Source of the DNA: a virus
Lineage: Duplodnaviria; Caudoviricetes
Virus record (IMG/VR): IMGVR_UViG_3300050010_000073
Coordinates: 1-55,009 of that record
Length of the DNA stretch: 55,009 bases
Direction: 5' to 3' (one strand)
Shown here one piece after another: positions 9,999-19,575 of this stretch. Made by a program: the position numbers and the translations under genes. The notes under the pieces were generated by a model. That model was not told the origin of the DNA and made no database searches. It worked only from the letters and a program-made list of their open reading frames with translations. Numbering within the stretch: the first letter of the stretch is position 1; every line of letters begins with the position of its first letter.

Positions 9999-10220
9999 TT
10001 AGGATGGAGGATTTGTTTTAATGTTGCCAGTGTTTGTCCCCACCGGATTGGGATTGTGAACAGTTGTGCTACCGTAGAACACAGACTTAACCATCTGTAT
10101 CAATCCACCGCCATTACGAGCAGCAGTGATACAACGTCCAATCCACGGTAGAATGATACCAGCAGCCAACAGATATGGCTGATACTTCTCTGGCACGATT
10201 TTGTTAAGGGAGTCTATCAT
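9999..10220 (-). CDS. Small membrane protein, holin-like
   Basis: 73 aa with a hydrophobic helix, in a cluster of membrane proteins. Confidence 0.35.
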   Translation of the reverse strand: MIDSLNKIVPEKYQPYLLAAGIILPWIGRCITAARNGGGLIQMVKSVFYGSTTVHNPNPVGTNTGNIKTNPPS

Positions 10221-10239
10221 TATCTAACCTTTCTTTTGT

Positions 10240-10593
10240 TTATGGTGTGCGTGAAACTGTTCCATTGTTAGTTTGTGTAATAACATCAAAATCTTTATAG
10301 AAAATATTTGATTGAAGAAGTCCAACTTTGTAATCAAGTCTATCAAGATGGTTTGACATGTGTTCAAGTGCTGCACCATGAAGTAGAACAGCATTATGTG
10401 TTTCTTTTAGCTGTACCCAGCCTTCTTTTCCAAAGAACCCTAAAACAGCTAGTATAGCTAAACAAAGAGTTCCTACAGCGGAGAGTAAACAATGTGTAAT
10501 AAGACTTTGACTGATAACTATCCTATCAGACTCTTTAGCCGTATCATTAGCTCTATTGGCGTCAACATGTGCTTGATGTGTTTCTTCACTCAT
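10240..10593 (-). CDS. Single-TM membrane protein with coiled coil (holin/lysis-like)
   Basis: TM segment LLSAVGTLCLAILAVLGFF followed by a heptad-like stretch. Confidence 0.4.
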   Translation of the reverse strand: MSEETHQAHVDANRANDTAKESDRIVISQSLITHCLLSAVGTLCLAILAVLGFFGKEGWVQLKETHNAVLLHGAALEHMSNHLDRLDYKVGLLQSNIFYKDFDVITQTNNGTVSRTP

Positions 10594-10598
10594 GGTAG

Positions 10599-10973
10599 TT
10601 ATTGTGTGATATTTGTAACAGTGATTGTGTTGGTAATGGTCGCTGACATGGGAGATTCAAATTCAGCTTTAACACCAAATATTAACATAGGAGTTAGATA
10701 ACTCTGATCATAATGGATTACATTTGTCGTTGTGTATCCAACAACATACCAGTTGGTGAGGTTACTAGATGCCCAAACTGTGTAGCAGTCTGCTCCGTTC
10801 GTGTTCCAAGACAGCGTGACTTTCTGCGACACTATCACAGGGACGGGTGTCATTACGGATGGCATACGCGGCCTGGCTACAATCGGCAGTGCCGGTGGGC
10901 TTGGAATTACATTAGTCTGCGCCCGCGCCGTGAGGCAGAGGCAGAGCAGAAGGATTGTGGAAAGGGGTTTCAT
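10599..10973 (-). CDS. Secreted beta-sandwich (FN3-like) protein
   Basis: Signal peptide ending ARA-Q; VTLSWN...YTVWASSNLTNW motif. Confidence 0.6.
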   Translation of the reverse strand: MKPLSTILLLCLCLTARAQTNVIPSPPALPIVARPRMPSVMTPVPVIVSQKVTLSWNTNGADCYTVWASSNLTNWYVVGYTTTNVIHYDQSYLTPMLIFGVKAEFESPMSATITNTITVTNITQ

Positions 10974-12844
10974 TGGTTTAAAACTACCATGTCCTGTCCT
11001 ATATTCACCTTGCTATACCCATTTGATCCAACGCCACCTTGCGACTGCACCCAAATACTTGCTATGATTGGCAGCGTGCTGGTATTACTAATGGAGATGA
11101 TACTATTACTCCATCCGCCGCCACCCCCCCCTGTGTTCACAATCGAAAATGTGGCTGGAGCGCATAACCCAACACCCCCAATACCAGCAGAATAAACAAC
11201 ATTGTTTGTAGCTTGGGTGCTAACAGAAATGTTCCTGTGAGCGCCCGGTCGCACTCCGAATTGAAGGGTCAATGCAACCGGAAGATTTGAGTTGCCAGAG
11301 GTGCATGTGTGAACGTATGTTCCAGAGTTGTTTGTAACAGAGCCGTTTATTCCCACCCATCGCCCGTCTGTTTGGATTAGAGCATAAGGGCTTGAAGTTC
11401 CCCCATTTGCCGCATTTATGGTTGTATCATTTGTTGAGAGGCTTCCTTGTGCTATAATTGACCAACTTTGCAGAAATAATGGGCTACTATTATTATTTGT
11501 GCTGTAAGAGACCGTCCAGCCTGAGCAGTTGTAGTAGGTGATGCCACCATTGAGACAATTATTAGCGGTGCTGTAAGAGATCGTCCAGCCTGGGCAGTTG
11601 TAGTAGGCGAGGCCACCATTGAGACAATTATTAGCGGTGCTGTAAGAGACTGTCCAGCCTGGGCAGTTGTAGTAGACGAGGCCACCATTGAGACAATTAT
11701 TAGCAGTGCTGTAAGAGACCGTCCAGCCTGAGCAGTTGTTGTAGGCGAGGCCACCATAGTTACAATTATTAGCGGTGCTGTAAGAGACCGTCCAGCCTGA
11801 GCAGTAGTTGTAGGCGATGCCACCACTGAGACAATTATTATCGGTGCTGTAAGAGACCGTCCAGCCTGAGCAGTAGTTGCAGGCGAGGCCACCATTGAGA
11901 CAATTATTAACGGTGCTGTAAGAGACTGTCCAGCCTGAGCAGTAGTTGTAGGCGAAGCCACCATTGAGACAATTATTAGCGGTGCTGTAAGAGACCATCC
12001 AGCCTGAGCAGTTGTAGGCGAGGCCACGTCCTAAATTTTGTGCTTGTATGCCCGTGACTGTATTTGTTACTATTCCGGTTATGGTGGAAGTAGCTCTCTG
12101 CGTCATTTCCAACACGACCACAGAACAATCCAACACAGCAACCACAGTTCCCGCAGGTCTGCCGGAAGATGGAATAGACGCCGAGAAACTCATACCCGGA
12201 TAGAAGTTAGTGTTCCCAGTGCCCGCAACGTTTAGAAATGAAATTACATTACCAGCAACAGTTCCAACCATGTAATACTCGCCGCCTTGTCCTTGTATTG
12301 TGTTTGTGGGGGCAATCCAAATAACATCATTTGTGGACAGCCATGCTGGAGCATTGCTAACTGTGATTGAAGTTGCTCCAACTACTGCTGCTACCGAGAG
12401 ATTTAGATTGGTTAAATGCGGCGTCCCATACATCGGCATGGAATTTGTTCCTACCATAGTCAATTGCGCCGTGCTATTTGTAAATTGAATATAGCACATT
12501 GGTGTATTGCTCGACGTGAACGAAACCGGCGTAGTTGCGCTACCGATCAAATTGGTGCCCCCTCCTGACAGATTGCCATTCATCAGCAAGTAGCAAGGTA
12601 AATTCGTCATTACAAGAAACCCATTGTTGGTGCAGTTACCCCACCCCGTAGTCGCCCGATTATTCACGTCATAGGTTAGCGTAATGCCGGGCCCATTGCT
12701 CCAAGTGTCTCCGCCGAGAGATGGAACAATTCCTAAGTTCCAAGTTGTTGTGCTGGAAAAGTTGCCGCTCTGGACTGTGTAATAGCTCACCCCATAAACC
12801 ATCTGGCCCACAAGTGTTAAAATAACCAATAGTAGTGTTTTCAT
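10970..12844 (-). CDS. Secreted parallel beta-helix repeat protein (tailspike/adhesin-like)
   Basis: Likely start MKTLLLVILTLVGQMVYG at 12844 (signal peptide); contains eight 23-aa beta-helix repeats. Confidence 0.65.
   Translation of the reverse strand: MKTLLLVILTLVGQMVYGVSYYTVQSGNFSSTTTWNLGIVPSLGGDTWSNGPGITLTYDVNNRATTGWGNCTNNGFLVMTNLPCYLLMNGNLSGGGTNLIGSATTPVSFTSSNTPMCYIQFTNSTAQLTMVGTNSMPMYGTPHLTNLNLSVAAVVGATSITVSNAPAWLSTNDVIWIAPTNTIQGQGGEYYMVGTVAGNVISFLNVAGTGNTNFYPGMSFSASIPSSGRPAGTVVAVLDCSVVVLEMTQRATSTITGIVTNTVTGIQAQNLGRGLAYNCSGWMVSYSTANNCLNGGFAYNYCSGWTVSYSTVNNCLNGGLACNYCSGWTVSYSTDNNCLSGGIAYNYCSGWTVSYSTANNCNYGGLAYNNCSGWTVSYSTANNCLNGGLVYYNCPGWTVSYSTANNCLNGGLAYYNCPGWTISYSTANNCLNGGITYYNCSGWTVSYSTNNNSSPLFLQSWSIIAQGSLSTNDTTINAANGGTSSPYALIQTDGRWVGINGSVTNNSGTYVHTCTSGNSNLPVALTLQFGVRPGAHRNISVSTQATNNVVYSAGIGGVGLCAPATFSIVNTGGGGGGWSNSIISISNTSTLPIIASIWVQSQGGVGSNGYSKVNIGQDMVVLNQ
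11491..12027 (-). repeat. Eight near-identical 69-bp tandem repeats (GWTVSYSTANNCLNGGLAYNYCS)
   Basis: The (G/A)TCCAGCC anchor recurs at 11514, 11583, 11652, 11721, 11790, 11859, 11928 and 11997. Confidence 0.95.
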
Positions 12845-12845
12845 G

Positions 12846-15428
12846 TCAATAGGAGGTAATGTAGTTAGTTCCGATCTGGTCAATCTCCACCTTTTCTGGA
12901 AATGACACAGTGCCCGTTCCAATCAGTGTGTTTGTGACTCCATTTACCACCAACAACACTGTGGAAGCATTGGTGATATACAGCCGGGCAGGTCCTGCAA
13001 TGTTATATGTGGTCGGGCTGGAAGCTGTATTCAACCATACAGCTCCTGTTAAAGAAGTGTATTGCAAATTCGTCACCCCGCTCCCGTTGCCGACGAATCC
13101 TACCGTGTTCGTGTTGGTGATTCCAGCCGTTGTGCCAGTGACATTGATGCCGCTGGTCACAGTACCGCCACTCCATGAAGCCGTGTTTGTATAGATGTTG
13201 TTTGACACGTAGGGCTGACCTGCGGTGTTGGTCAATACCACGGAAGGCGCATTCGTCCCCCAATTGTTGAAGTAGTTTGAGACCAGAATGATTGCGTTGG
13301 AAATACCAGACCCGTTGCCGCTGATCGTGCTCCCTACTAAGAACGGCCCACCCACATTCAGTGAACCTGTAATGTAGTTGCTGCCAGGGCCGATGGTGAG
13401 GCTCCCGCCGACGGTCAGGTTGGTTACGCTGGCACGGTCGAAGTTGTTTGAGCCGGGGCCGGACGCAATCAAATTGGTCAGCACCCCGGTCAGGGCGTGG
13501 CCGCTGCCGATGAAGCTGGCGGCGGTGACGGTGCTCGATACGGACAGGGCGTTTGTAAATACAGTGTTCGGCCCGTTGGTTGCACCGATTTGGGATAACG
13601 GACTTCCATCGTTATCAGGCGCGGTGTCGTATGAGTAGTTTCCCTGCCACAGCAAGCTCCCGTCGTTCAGCATGTTGGATGCGATATTGTTAGACCATGT
13701 GCCGGTATATTTGTTGTTCAGCAAAAAGTTTCTCCCATTGACAACAGATTGTTGCTGATTGATTCTGAAATACATTGTGTTCTCAAAAACACAACCTTGG
13801 AACGTCACCCCAGTGCAGTTGTCCATGCCGATTATCGCATCACCATTCCCGGCGAAGTAACAACCGTCAATAAGTTCGCTCTGCAACACTCCCTGCAAAT
13901 AAAGAGGGATGGTTACAGCGTGATTAAAGAAGCAATGCGAAATGACTCCGTGATGATTGTTGAATATCTCCGGGGCGTTGTCCAAGGCTCCGATATAGTT
14001 ATCAACTAGATGTGAGTTATCAATAACCGAATTGGCAGCGTAAAAATCCATGCCAACCACATTGCCTTGGATGCTAAATTGAGCGAAATGCTCATACTCT
14101 GGTGTTTGGGCATTGGGAACATAGTTGGTTTGCCAGTTGGTGATGTAGCCGGGAACTGTGTTAGGCTCGACGCAATACAATCCCATGAAATTGCTCTGAA
14201 TATTTGCGGAGGTAAATTCAAGTTTTGGATAAACGTAGTCCACGCTACCACCGATAGACAATGGAAGGACTCCACATCCGTTAAAACCCTTCACAGAGAC
14301 ATTGCGACACTCACCGACTTGGTCAATGTTGACCTGCAAACCGTGCCTAAGCCCGTTTGGGTTCCAATACTGAAATCGGAATATCTCAGACAACGTGAAT
14401 GGATGCAAAGCCCAAGACCCCCCGTCCCAACCAAACCAAGTGTTTGTCCCCGCTGCTATGTTTGGATACTGTTGACCGTCAATGGCGAAATTGACCAATG
14501 TTATATTGGTATTCAGCATTTCCCTGATGAAGATGTTGGTGTTCCATGCGTTCATAGCATAGACGAGCAACGCTCCGGGGGCCATTTGAATTGCCACTCC
14601 GTTGGTAATCATCAACTCTTGAGACAAATAATGACCCGGTGGAAAATACCAAGACGAGTTGTTGGTTGAAAAAAGGTTGCTCAAGACAATGGTGTTATCC
14701 GTCATCCCATCGGCTACAGCACCATACAGCAGGACATTGAGATAGACCTGATTTGTGTTGGCGGACGCAATAGACGTGTTCACAAATCCAGTTGAAGCCA
14801 GCCCATTCGTGACGCTCGTATCCGCCAGAGGAAGGCCGGTAGCCGCGTTGCTCGCGCCTGAAAAAATGCCGTTGGTTAAAGGAGCAAGCCCGTTGGTTGA
14901 ACCGGCAGGAGCGTTTGTCTGCCAGACAATGAGGTTCGTCCCATTGTTTGTGGTCGCCCCTATGCCGGACACCGGCCCTGAGACGTTGGTGAATGACACG
15001 AAGAAGGTGTTCGATTGAATCGAGGCCAGCGCCAGTTGCAGAACCCACGCCGTAGCCTGACTGTTCGCGTTCGTGTTGATCGTCAACTGCGTCAAGGAGT
15101 TCGTCTTGATGAAAACGCCGTCACCGGGCAGGCCGCCGTTGGTTCCACCACCACCACTTATGGAATAATTACCAGGAGAATTAGTTTGAACACCTGTTCC
15201 ATGAATACTAACAGGGCCAGAGATACCATTAACAAGACTAGCATTAGTAGCACTACCACCAAAGCCATTAGCAGTAGCTATAGTGGCAGCACTAACCGGG
15301 CCAACTATCTTACCACTACCATCATTAGTAACAGTAATGGTAGCTACTCCACTAGTAATAGGACTGGCCGCCCTCACCAAGAAGGTAGAGGAGAGGAGGA
15401 CGGCAATACCTAGTGTAAAGGTTTTCAT
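12846..15428 (-). CDS. Secreted tailspike-like protein with pectate-lyase-3-like beta-helix
   Basis: Signal peptide ending VRA-A; NVLLYGAVADGMTDNT...YFPPGHY motif typical of tailspike beta-helix starts. Confidence 0.7.
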   Translation of the reverse strand: MKTFTLGIAVLLSSTFLVRAASPITSGVATITVTNDGSGKIVGPVSAATIATANGFGGSATNASLVNGISGPVSIHGTGVQTNSPGNYSISGGGGTNGGLPGDGVFIKTNSLTQLTINTNANSQATAWVLQLALASIQSNTFFVSFTNVSGPVSGIGATTNNGTNLIVWQTNAPAGSTNGLAPLTNGIFSGASNAATGLPLADTSVTNGLASTGFVNTSIASANTNQVYLNVLLYGAVADGMTDNTIVLSNLFSTNNSSWYFPPGHYLSQELMITNGVAIQMAPGALLVYAMNAWNTNIFIREMLNTNITLVNFAIDGQQYPNIAAGTNTWFGWDGGSWALHPFTLSEIFRFQYWNPNGLRHGLQVNIDQVGECRNVSVKGFNGCGVLPLSIGGSVDYVYPKLEFTSANIQSNFMGLYCVEPNTVPGYITNWQTNYVPNAQTPEYEHFAQFSIQGNVVGMDFYAANSVIDNSHLVDNYIGALDNAPEIFNNHHGVISHCFFNHAVTIPLYLQGVLQSELIDGCYFAGNGDAIIGMDNCTGVTFQGCVFENTMYFRINQQQSVVNGRNFLLNNKYTGTWSNNIASNMLNDGSLLWQGNYSYDTAPDNDGSPLSQIGATNGPNTVFTNALSVSSTVTAASFIGSGHALTGVLTNLIASGPGSNNFDRASVTNLTVGGSLTIGPGSNYITGSLNVGGPFLVGSTISGNGSGISNAIILVSNYFNNWGTNAPSVVLTNTAGQPYVSNNIYTNTASWSGGTVTSGINVTGTTAGITNTNTVGFVGNGSGVTNLQYTSLTGAVWLNTASSPTTYNIAGPARLYITNASTVLLVVNGVTNTLIGTGTVSFPEKVEIDQIGTNYITSY

Positions 15429-15437
15429 TTAAGGCTA

Positions 15438-15713
15438 TTAGCTAATTCCATTACCAAGAACCCAAGTTACTGAACCATTAGCTCCAGTTGTAGAGACCGG
15501 ATTCCACAAACCTGTAGAAGCATTGAGGATTTGAAGTTGATTGGTAGTCTGATTGATTCGGAAATTGGCACCAAGAGTAGCAACAGAGAGAGCATTAGCT
15601 ACAGCCGTGAGCATCTGGGAAAGGGAAACAACCTCAAGATCATTTTGATCAAAGCGGGGAAGCATAGCTTGAGGGCTATAAGCAGAGGGCTGATAAACAT
15701 TGTTTACTGGCAT
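15438..15713 (-). CDS. Small putative structural protein
   Basis: 91 aa; C-terminal segment shared with 8464-9228. Confidence 0.5.
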   Translation of the reverse strand: MPVNNVYQPSAYSPQAMLPRFDQNDLEVVSLSQMLTAVANALSVATLGANFRINQTTNQLQILNASTGLWNPVSTTGANGSVTWVLGNGIS

Positions 15714-15742
15714 ATTGGTAATAAGGTTTAGGGGGGTGGATT

Positions 15743-15771
15743 AAAAGAAGTCCGGTTTTTGGATAACCGGA
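15743..15771 (-). terminator. Probable intrinsic terminator after the capsid/decoration genes
   Basis: Minus strand reads TCCGGTT-7nt-AACCGGA followed by CTTCTTTT. Confidence 0.55.
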
Positions 15772-15834
15772 AACCTCAGTCCTAATACTGCTACTGACAA
15801 ATGCAAATAAGAACAGAAGCAGTATTGTATAGGA

Positions 15835-16344
15835 CTAAAACGGATAGGCGTAATAGATGACCAGAGTTTGATTGGTGCTATTAGCATCAGTAGTAACTGT
15901 CAAGCCTCGTGTAGTAACGATACGAAGTGGGGCTTTAGTTTGACGAATGTTGGGTGCAATAGCAAATGACATAATGGTTGGCAACGTATTGGTTGCCGCA
16001 GCATTAGTCACAAGCGTAGTGTACTCGCCGGGATATACATTTGTGTACACGGTGCCCATTCCATTAGTCAGTACGCTGGTGATATTGGTCATCACACTGG
16101 TACGAGTAATGTAGGAGTTCGTGAACGCATACGTATTGCTATTGCCCGACTGATCGTAGAAGTAGATATTACCAACAGTGCCAGCACCGCTGATAAGATC
16201 AATTTCCGAGATGTAGGCATTGGTTGGCAGAATCGTACTGGTCTGACTAGCAGTCAGATTAGTAGTCATTACCAACTGTTGAGCTTGGAGAGACAGGGCA
16301 CATGCCATTGCCAGTCCAACGATGTATTTGATAGTGTTTTTCAT
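15835..16344 (-). CDS. Signal-peptide-bearing beta-rich protein in the head-decoration position
   Basis: MKNTIKYIVGLAMACALSLQA-Q signal peptide; directly downstream of the MCP gene. Confidence 0.55.
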   Translation of the reverse strand: MKNTIKYIVGLAMACALSLQAQQLVMTTNLTASQTSTILPTNAYISEIDLISGAGTVGNIYFYDQSGNSNTYAFTNSYITRTSVMTNITSVLTNGMGTVYTNVYPGEYTTLVTNAAATNTLPTIMSFAIAPNIRQTKAPLRIVTTRGLTVTTDANSTNQTLVIYYAYPF

Positions 16345-16388
16345 ATTATTATTCTGTTTCTTATGTAAGAGTGTTTAGTTGCTCAAGG

Positions 16389-17744
16389 TTAGTTGCTAAG
16401 AATAGGCTTCGTAGCTCCCCTCCAACGCTTGAAGATGATTGGCATAATGCCTCTCTTCTGTTTGCCTACGATACCGAAAGTTCCTTGAGCAATGATCTGC
16501 AAGAACTCACCATACTTGTTAGTATCAACAACAGTGTTGCCGTTGCTATCCAAACAAGTGGTAAGCAAATTCTTGGTAATTACTGTTTCAGCATTCCAGA
16601 ACATATTACCAAATCCTTTGGGCATACCATTGCCAGCAAAGTCTTTGGGTGGAGGGCCAACTTCAATGGTATCATAAGCTCCATCTCCATAGCCAACTAA
16701 GAAAGCAACTTCATAAGCTGCTGATGTATAAGCAGGATTAGGAACAGACTCACCATAGTTGAAGGCATTAGGATTCAACTCTCTAACTTCAGGAGTAGGG
16801 AAACTACCATCAGTAGAGATACGGATGGGCAAATCCTCAAGTCGGCAAGTAATACGACCAAACAAGGAGCCTTTGAACGTATCAGTAATCATGTCCAAGT
16901 TCAAAGCCTTATAGCTAAGGAAGAATGGATCATAGATAAACTGATTGTAGGCTTCACCTGAAGTAATAAGAACATACTTACCAGAGAGAGGACTATTATC
17001 TCCTTGAGGTTGTCCAGTACCAAAGAAAGGAGGAATACGAAGATCCGTCTCCATGATATTGAGAGCCAGGTTAAGAGTATTCAAACTCAAATTGCCTGGA
17101 TTACCAATAAGAGGAAACTGAGCCTGCATCCAATTAGAGTCTTTGGCTCCATTGACTGGACTAGCATTAGCACTAAATGTCACCCTCTGATTCAGACTAT
17201 CGAATGTATCAGTAGGAATATCAGTTGGAGCAGTAGTAAGTTCTGCCTTACCATCACTCCTATTGGCTATCATCACATAGGGAGCTTGTGCATAAACATT
17301 ACCACGAATGAATACATTCTGGAACCTGGCGATCTTCTCAACAATATCCATGTTAGTACGATCAACATGATCTTTGAGGAAGTCCCGAAAGGAAGGACAG
17401 AAGTTAAGCACCATTGATTCGAAACGGTGACGAAGGACTTGAGCATCAACAGTACGTTCCCTAACGTCCATGATGTCTTTGAGAGGAACAGAACAGACTG
17501 CATTAGGAAATGCAAACTGCCTGATATTAGGAGAAGGTTCCTTCGAGACCTGCCTCATGATCGGACCCATATTGGGCTGCCATTTAACCTTGCCACAAAA
17601 TTCGGGCCAGATAGAGAAGTTCTTGAAGTACTTGAGCTGCATCTTCACCAAATAGAAGGGCAGCGTGTTATAGAGGTTAATATCCTGCTGCGTCCACTGA
17701 GAGCAGATCGAAGCATTGATATTAGGTACTGTAGTAGTAGCCAT
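16389..17744 (-). CDS. Major capsid protein
   Basis: 451 aa following portal and scaffold, with its own promoter. Called from synteny and size. Confidence 0.75.
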   Translation of the reverse strand: MATTTVPNINASICSQWTQQDINLYNTLPFYLVKMQLKYFKNFSIWPEFCGKVKWQPNMGPIMRQVSKEPSPNIRQFAFPNAVCSVPLKDIMDVRERTVDAQVLRHRFESMVLNFCPSFRDFLKDHVDRTNMDIVEKIARFQNVFIRGNVYAQAPYVMIANRSDGKAELTTAPTDIPTDTFDSLNQRVTFSANASPVNGAKDSNWMQAQFPLIGNPGNLSLNTLNLALNIMETDLRIPPFFGTGQPQGDNSPLSGKYVLITSGEAYNQFIYDPFFLSYKALNLDMITDTFKGSLFGRITCRLEDLPIRISTDGSFPTPEVRELNPNAFNYGESVPNPAYTSAAYEVAFLVGYGDGAYDTIEVGPPPKDFAGNGMPKGFGNMFWNAETVITKNLLTTCLDSNGNTVVDTNKYGEFLQIIAQGTFGIVGKQKRGIMPIIFKRWRGATKPILSN

Positions 17745-17878
17745 AATTCAAATAGTAATTGAGCTTGTTACGAACACTTAAGAATCAATTCAGTGATTCT
17801 CATGCTGTCGTAGCCGCCCAACTACTATTAGTGGCGCTTCTTACAGTGACCAAATCTGTTAGTGTCAATGCATCAGAG

Positions 17879-17894
17879 AGCAACTTTCATGCCA
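17879..17894 (-). promoter_or_regulatory. sigma54 promoter (-24/-12) for the capsid gene
   Basis: TGGCAT-GAAAG-TTGCT on the minus strand, intergenic, ~135 nt upstream of the MCP start. Confidence 0.85.
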
Positions 17895-17903
17895 TGAGGT
17901 CTA

Positions 17904-19265
17904 CTACTGCTGTTTAGCTTGCTCAAAAGCATCCATAGTTACTTCTCCATTGGTTGTAGTGGTAGCAGGGATACTACCTGTGGTAGCTAGAGGACTTTGT
18001 ATTTGTGTAGCAGCTGCTTGCTGAGGCCGGCCTTCCAGTTCAGCTACTCTACGTTGAAGGTGTTGTATGAGTGCATAGCTCTTACCAAGCCAGGGAGCAA
18101 ACACATTATTACGTTGAGATGGTGGTAGTTGCTGTACGATGCCATCTATAACAGGCTTGAAAGCTTGGGCAGTAGGATTACCCTCCTTGAACCAAGGAAA
18201 GTAATGATCCTCAGCTTGTCTAATAGCCTGTATATCACTAACTATTCTCACTTGATAATTCTGTCGGAATTGGGCTTCTACTTGCTGAACCTGTGTAGAA
18301 TACTGATTGGCCTTAATGAGGTTGTTCTGTATCCAAGCTTGGGTATTAGCATCGGCCGGCAATTCCTGTCCTTCAAAGTACTGCCCCCTATCATCCCTAA
18401 TAAGCTGCTTAGGTTTTCTACCTGCCAACAACTCTCCCAATTGTTTCTGCCAATGAGAAGCTTCTGTAGAATAATTATTAGTTTGCTGCACTATCTGTGC
18501 ATACTCGGGAGTGAGAGCATAACCAAGAGGATTGATAGCAGCCACAGGATCAGTTGCTGCTGACTTTTGCTGCTGAAGCTGATCCTGCAACAGTTTGGCT
18601 TCTTGTCGGGTAGTCTCTACTTGTTGCTTCAATTGTTTAGACTCTCTATATATGGGTGCAAGATACCTAAAAGAGTCATTAGACATATCCCTAAACATCT
18701 TTCGCTCTTCTGGTGTAAAGCCCTGCATGTCTCTACCGTTCTCCAATTCTGGGACATGAGAAACAGATGGAGTAGTCGGCTGAGTAGAAGGAGTAGTTGC
18801 AGCAGGTACAGGAGCTGGCTGCCCCGGAGATCGAAAAAGTGGACTATCTTCCAGCTTTATGTCTACAGTCAAAGGCTTACCATCCTTATCCACTCCCGAT
18901 GGTATAGAAGTAGGAGGAGTTACCGAAGCAACAGGAGGAGTGACTGGCACTGTACTAGCCGGAGTGGGAGCTGGTGCAGCAGTACTAGTAGTACTACCAG
19001 GTAAAGTTGGAGTTGTTTGACCAGCTTTAGCACTATCTGATAAATCTCTGGTAGATTCAAACTGAGAGAAATCAGGTAGAAAGTCTCCAGCCGGCCCTCC
19101 CTCCACTGGTATAGTAGATGGTGCAGGAGTAGTAGCTGGACTAGCTGGAGCCGACAATGAACTCAGCACTACACTAGGTAAAGGTGCAGACTGGGTGAGA
19201 GCGGCTGGAGGGGCGGCTGTAACTGGAGGCAGAGGAGCAGGAGTAGTTGTAGTAGCTTCGGGCAT
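17904..19265 (-). CDS. Capsid scaffolding protein
   Basis: P/T-rich disordered N-half and coiled-coil C-half; lies between portal and MCP. Confidence 0.65.
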   Translation of the reverse strand: MPEATTTTPAPLPPVTAAPPAALTQSAPLPSVVLSSLSAPASPATTPAPSTIPVEGGPAGDFLPDFSQFESTRDLSDSAKAGQTTPTLPGSTTSTAAPAPTPASTVPVTPPVASVTPPTSIPSGVDKDGKPLTVDIKLEDSPLFRSPGQPAPVPAATTPSTQPTTPSVSHVPELENGRDMQGFTPEERKMFRDMSNDSFRYLAPIYRESKQLKQQVETTRQEAKLLQDQLQQQKSAATDPVAAINPLGYALTPEYAQIVQQTNNYSTEASHWQKQLGELLAGRKPKQLIRDDRGQYFEGQELPADANTQAWIQNNLIKANQYSTQVQQVEAQFRQNYQVRIVSDIQAIRQAEDHYFPWFKEGNPTAQAFKPVIDGIVQQLPPSQRNNVFAPWLGKSYALIQHLQRRVAELEGRPQQAAATQIQSPLATTGSIPATTTTNGEVTMDAFEQAKQQ

Positions 19266-19266
19266 A

Positions 19267-19575
19267 TTAAATCTTTCCTTTGTAGAGATGGTTAAGAACT
19301 TGTTTGAAAGCTGCGCGATGTGCTAACATAACTCTTAAAGCATCATCAGCTGATGTAGCAGCACTTCTATCGAGACTATCATTTATAGCTTCAATGTGAG
19401 TAATAACATCAACTATTAACTCCTTGGTCTGTGGCATTTCTAGCCAGATCTTGTATTGGCCTTCTTTCTCTTGTCGGGCCAACTCTATCTGTTCTGGAGT
19501 TAGACCTGGTGTTTGACTCTTATCAGTTTTTAACTGACTCTGTATTGTGTTGTCTATCAGTTCTGTAGTACTCAT
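19267..19575 (-). CDS. Hypothetical protein (small helical protein after the portal gene)
   Basis: 102-aa ORF tightly packed in the operon. Confidence 0.6.
   Translation of the reverse strand: MSTTELIDNTIQSQLKTDKSQTPGLTPEQIELARQEKEGQYKIWLEMPQTKELIVDVITHIEAINDSLDRSAATSADDALRVMLAHRAAFKQVLNHLYKGKI

Noticed and set aside
11491-12027. DGR template/variable repeats or a CRISPR array
   Set aside because: No reverse transcriptase is present, the variation is not adenine-specific, and the units are contiguous in-frame coding repeats without spacers.
11452-12027. 191-aa alternative-frame ORF
   Set aside because: By-product of the 69-bp stop-free repeat.
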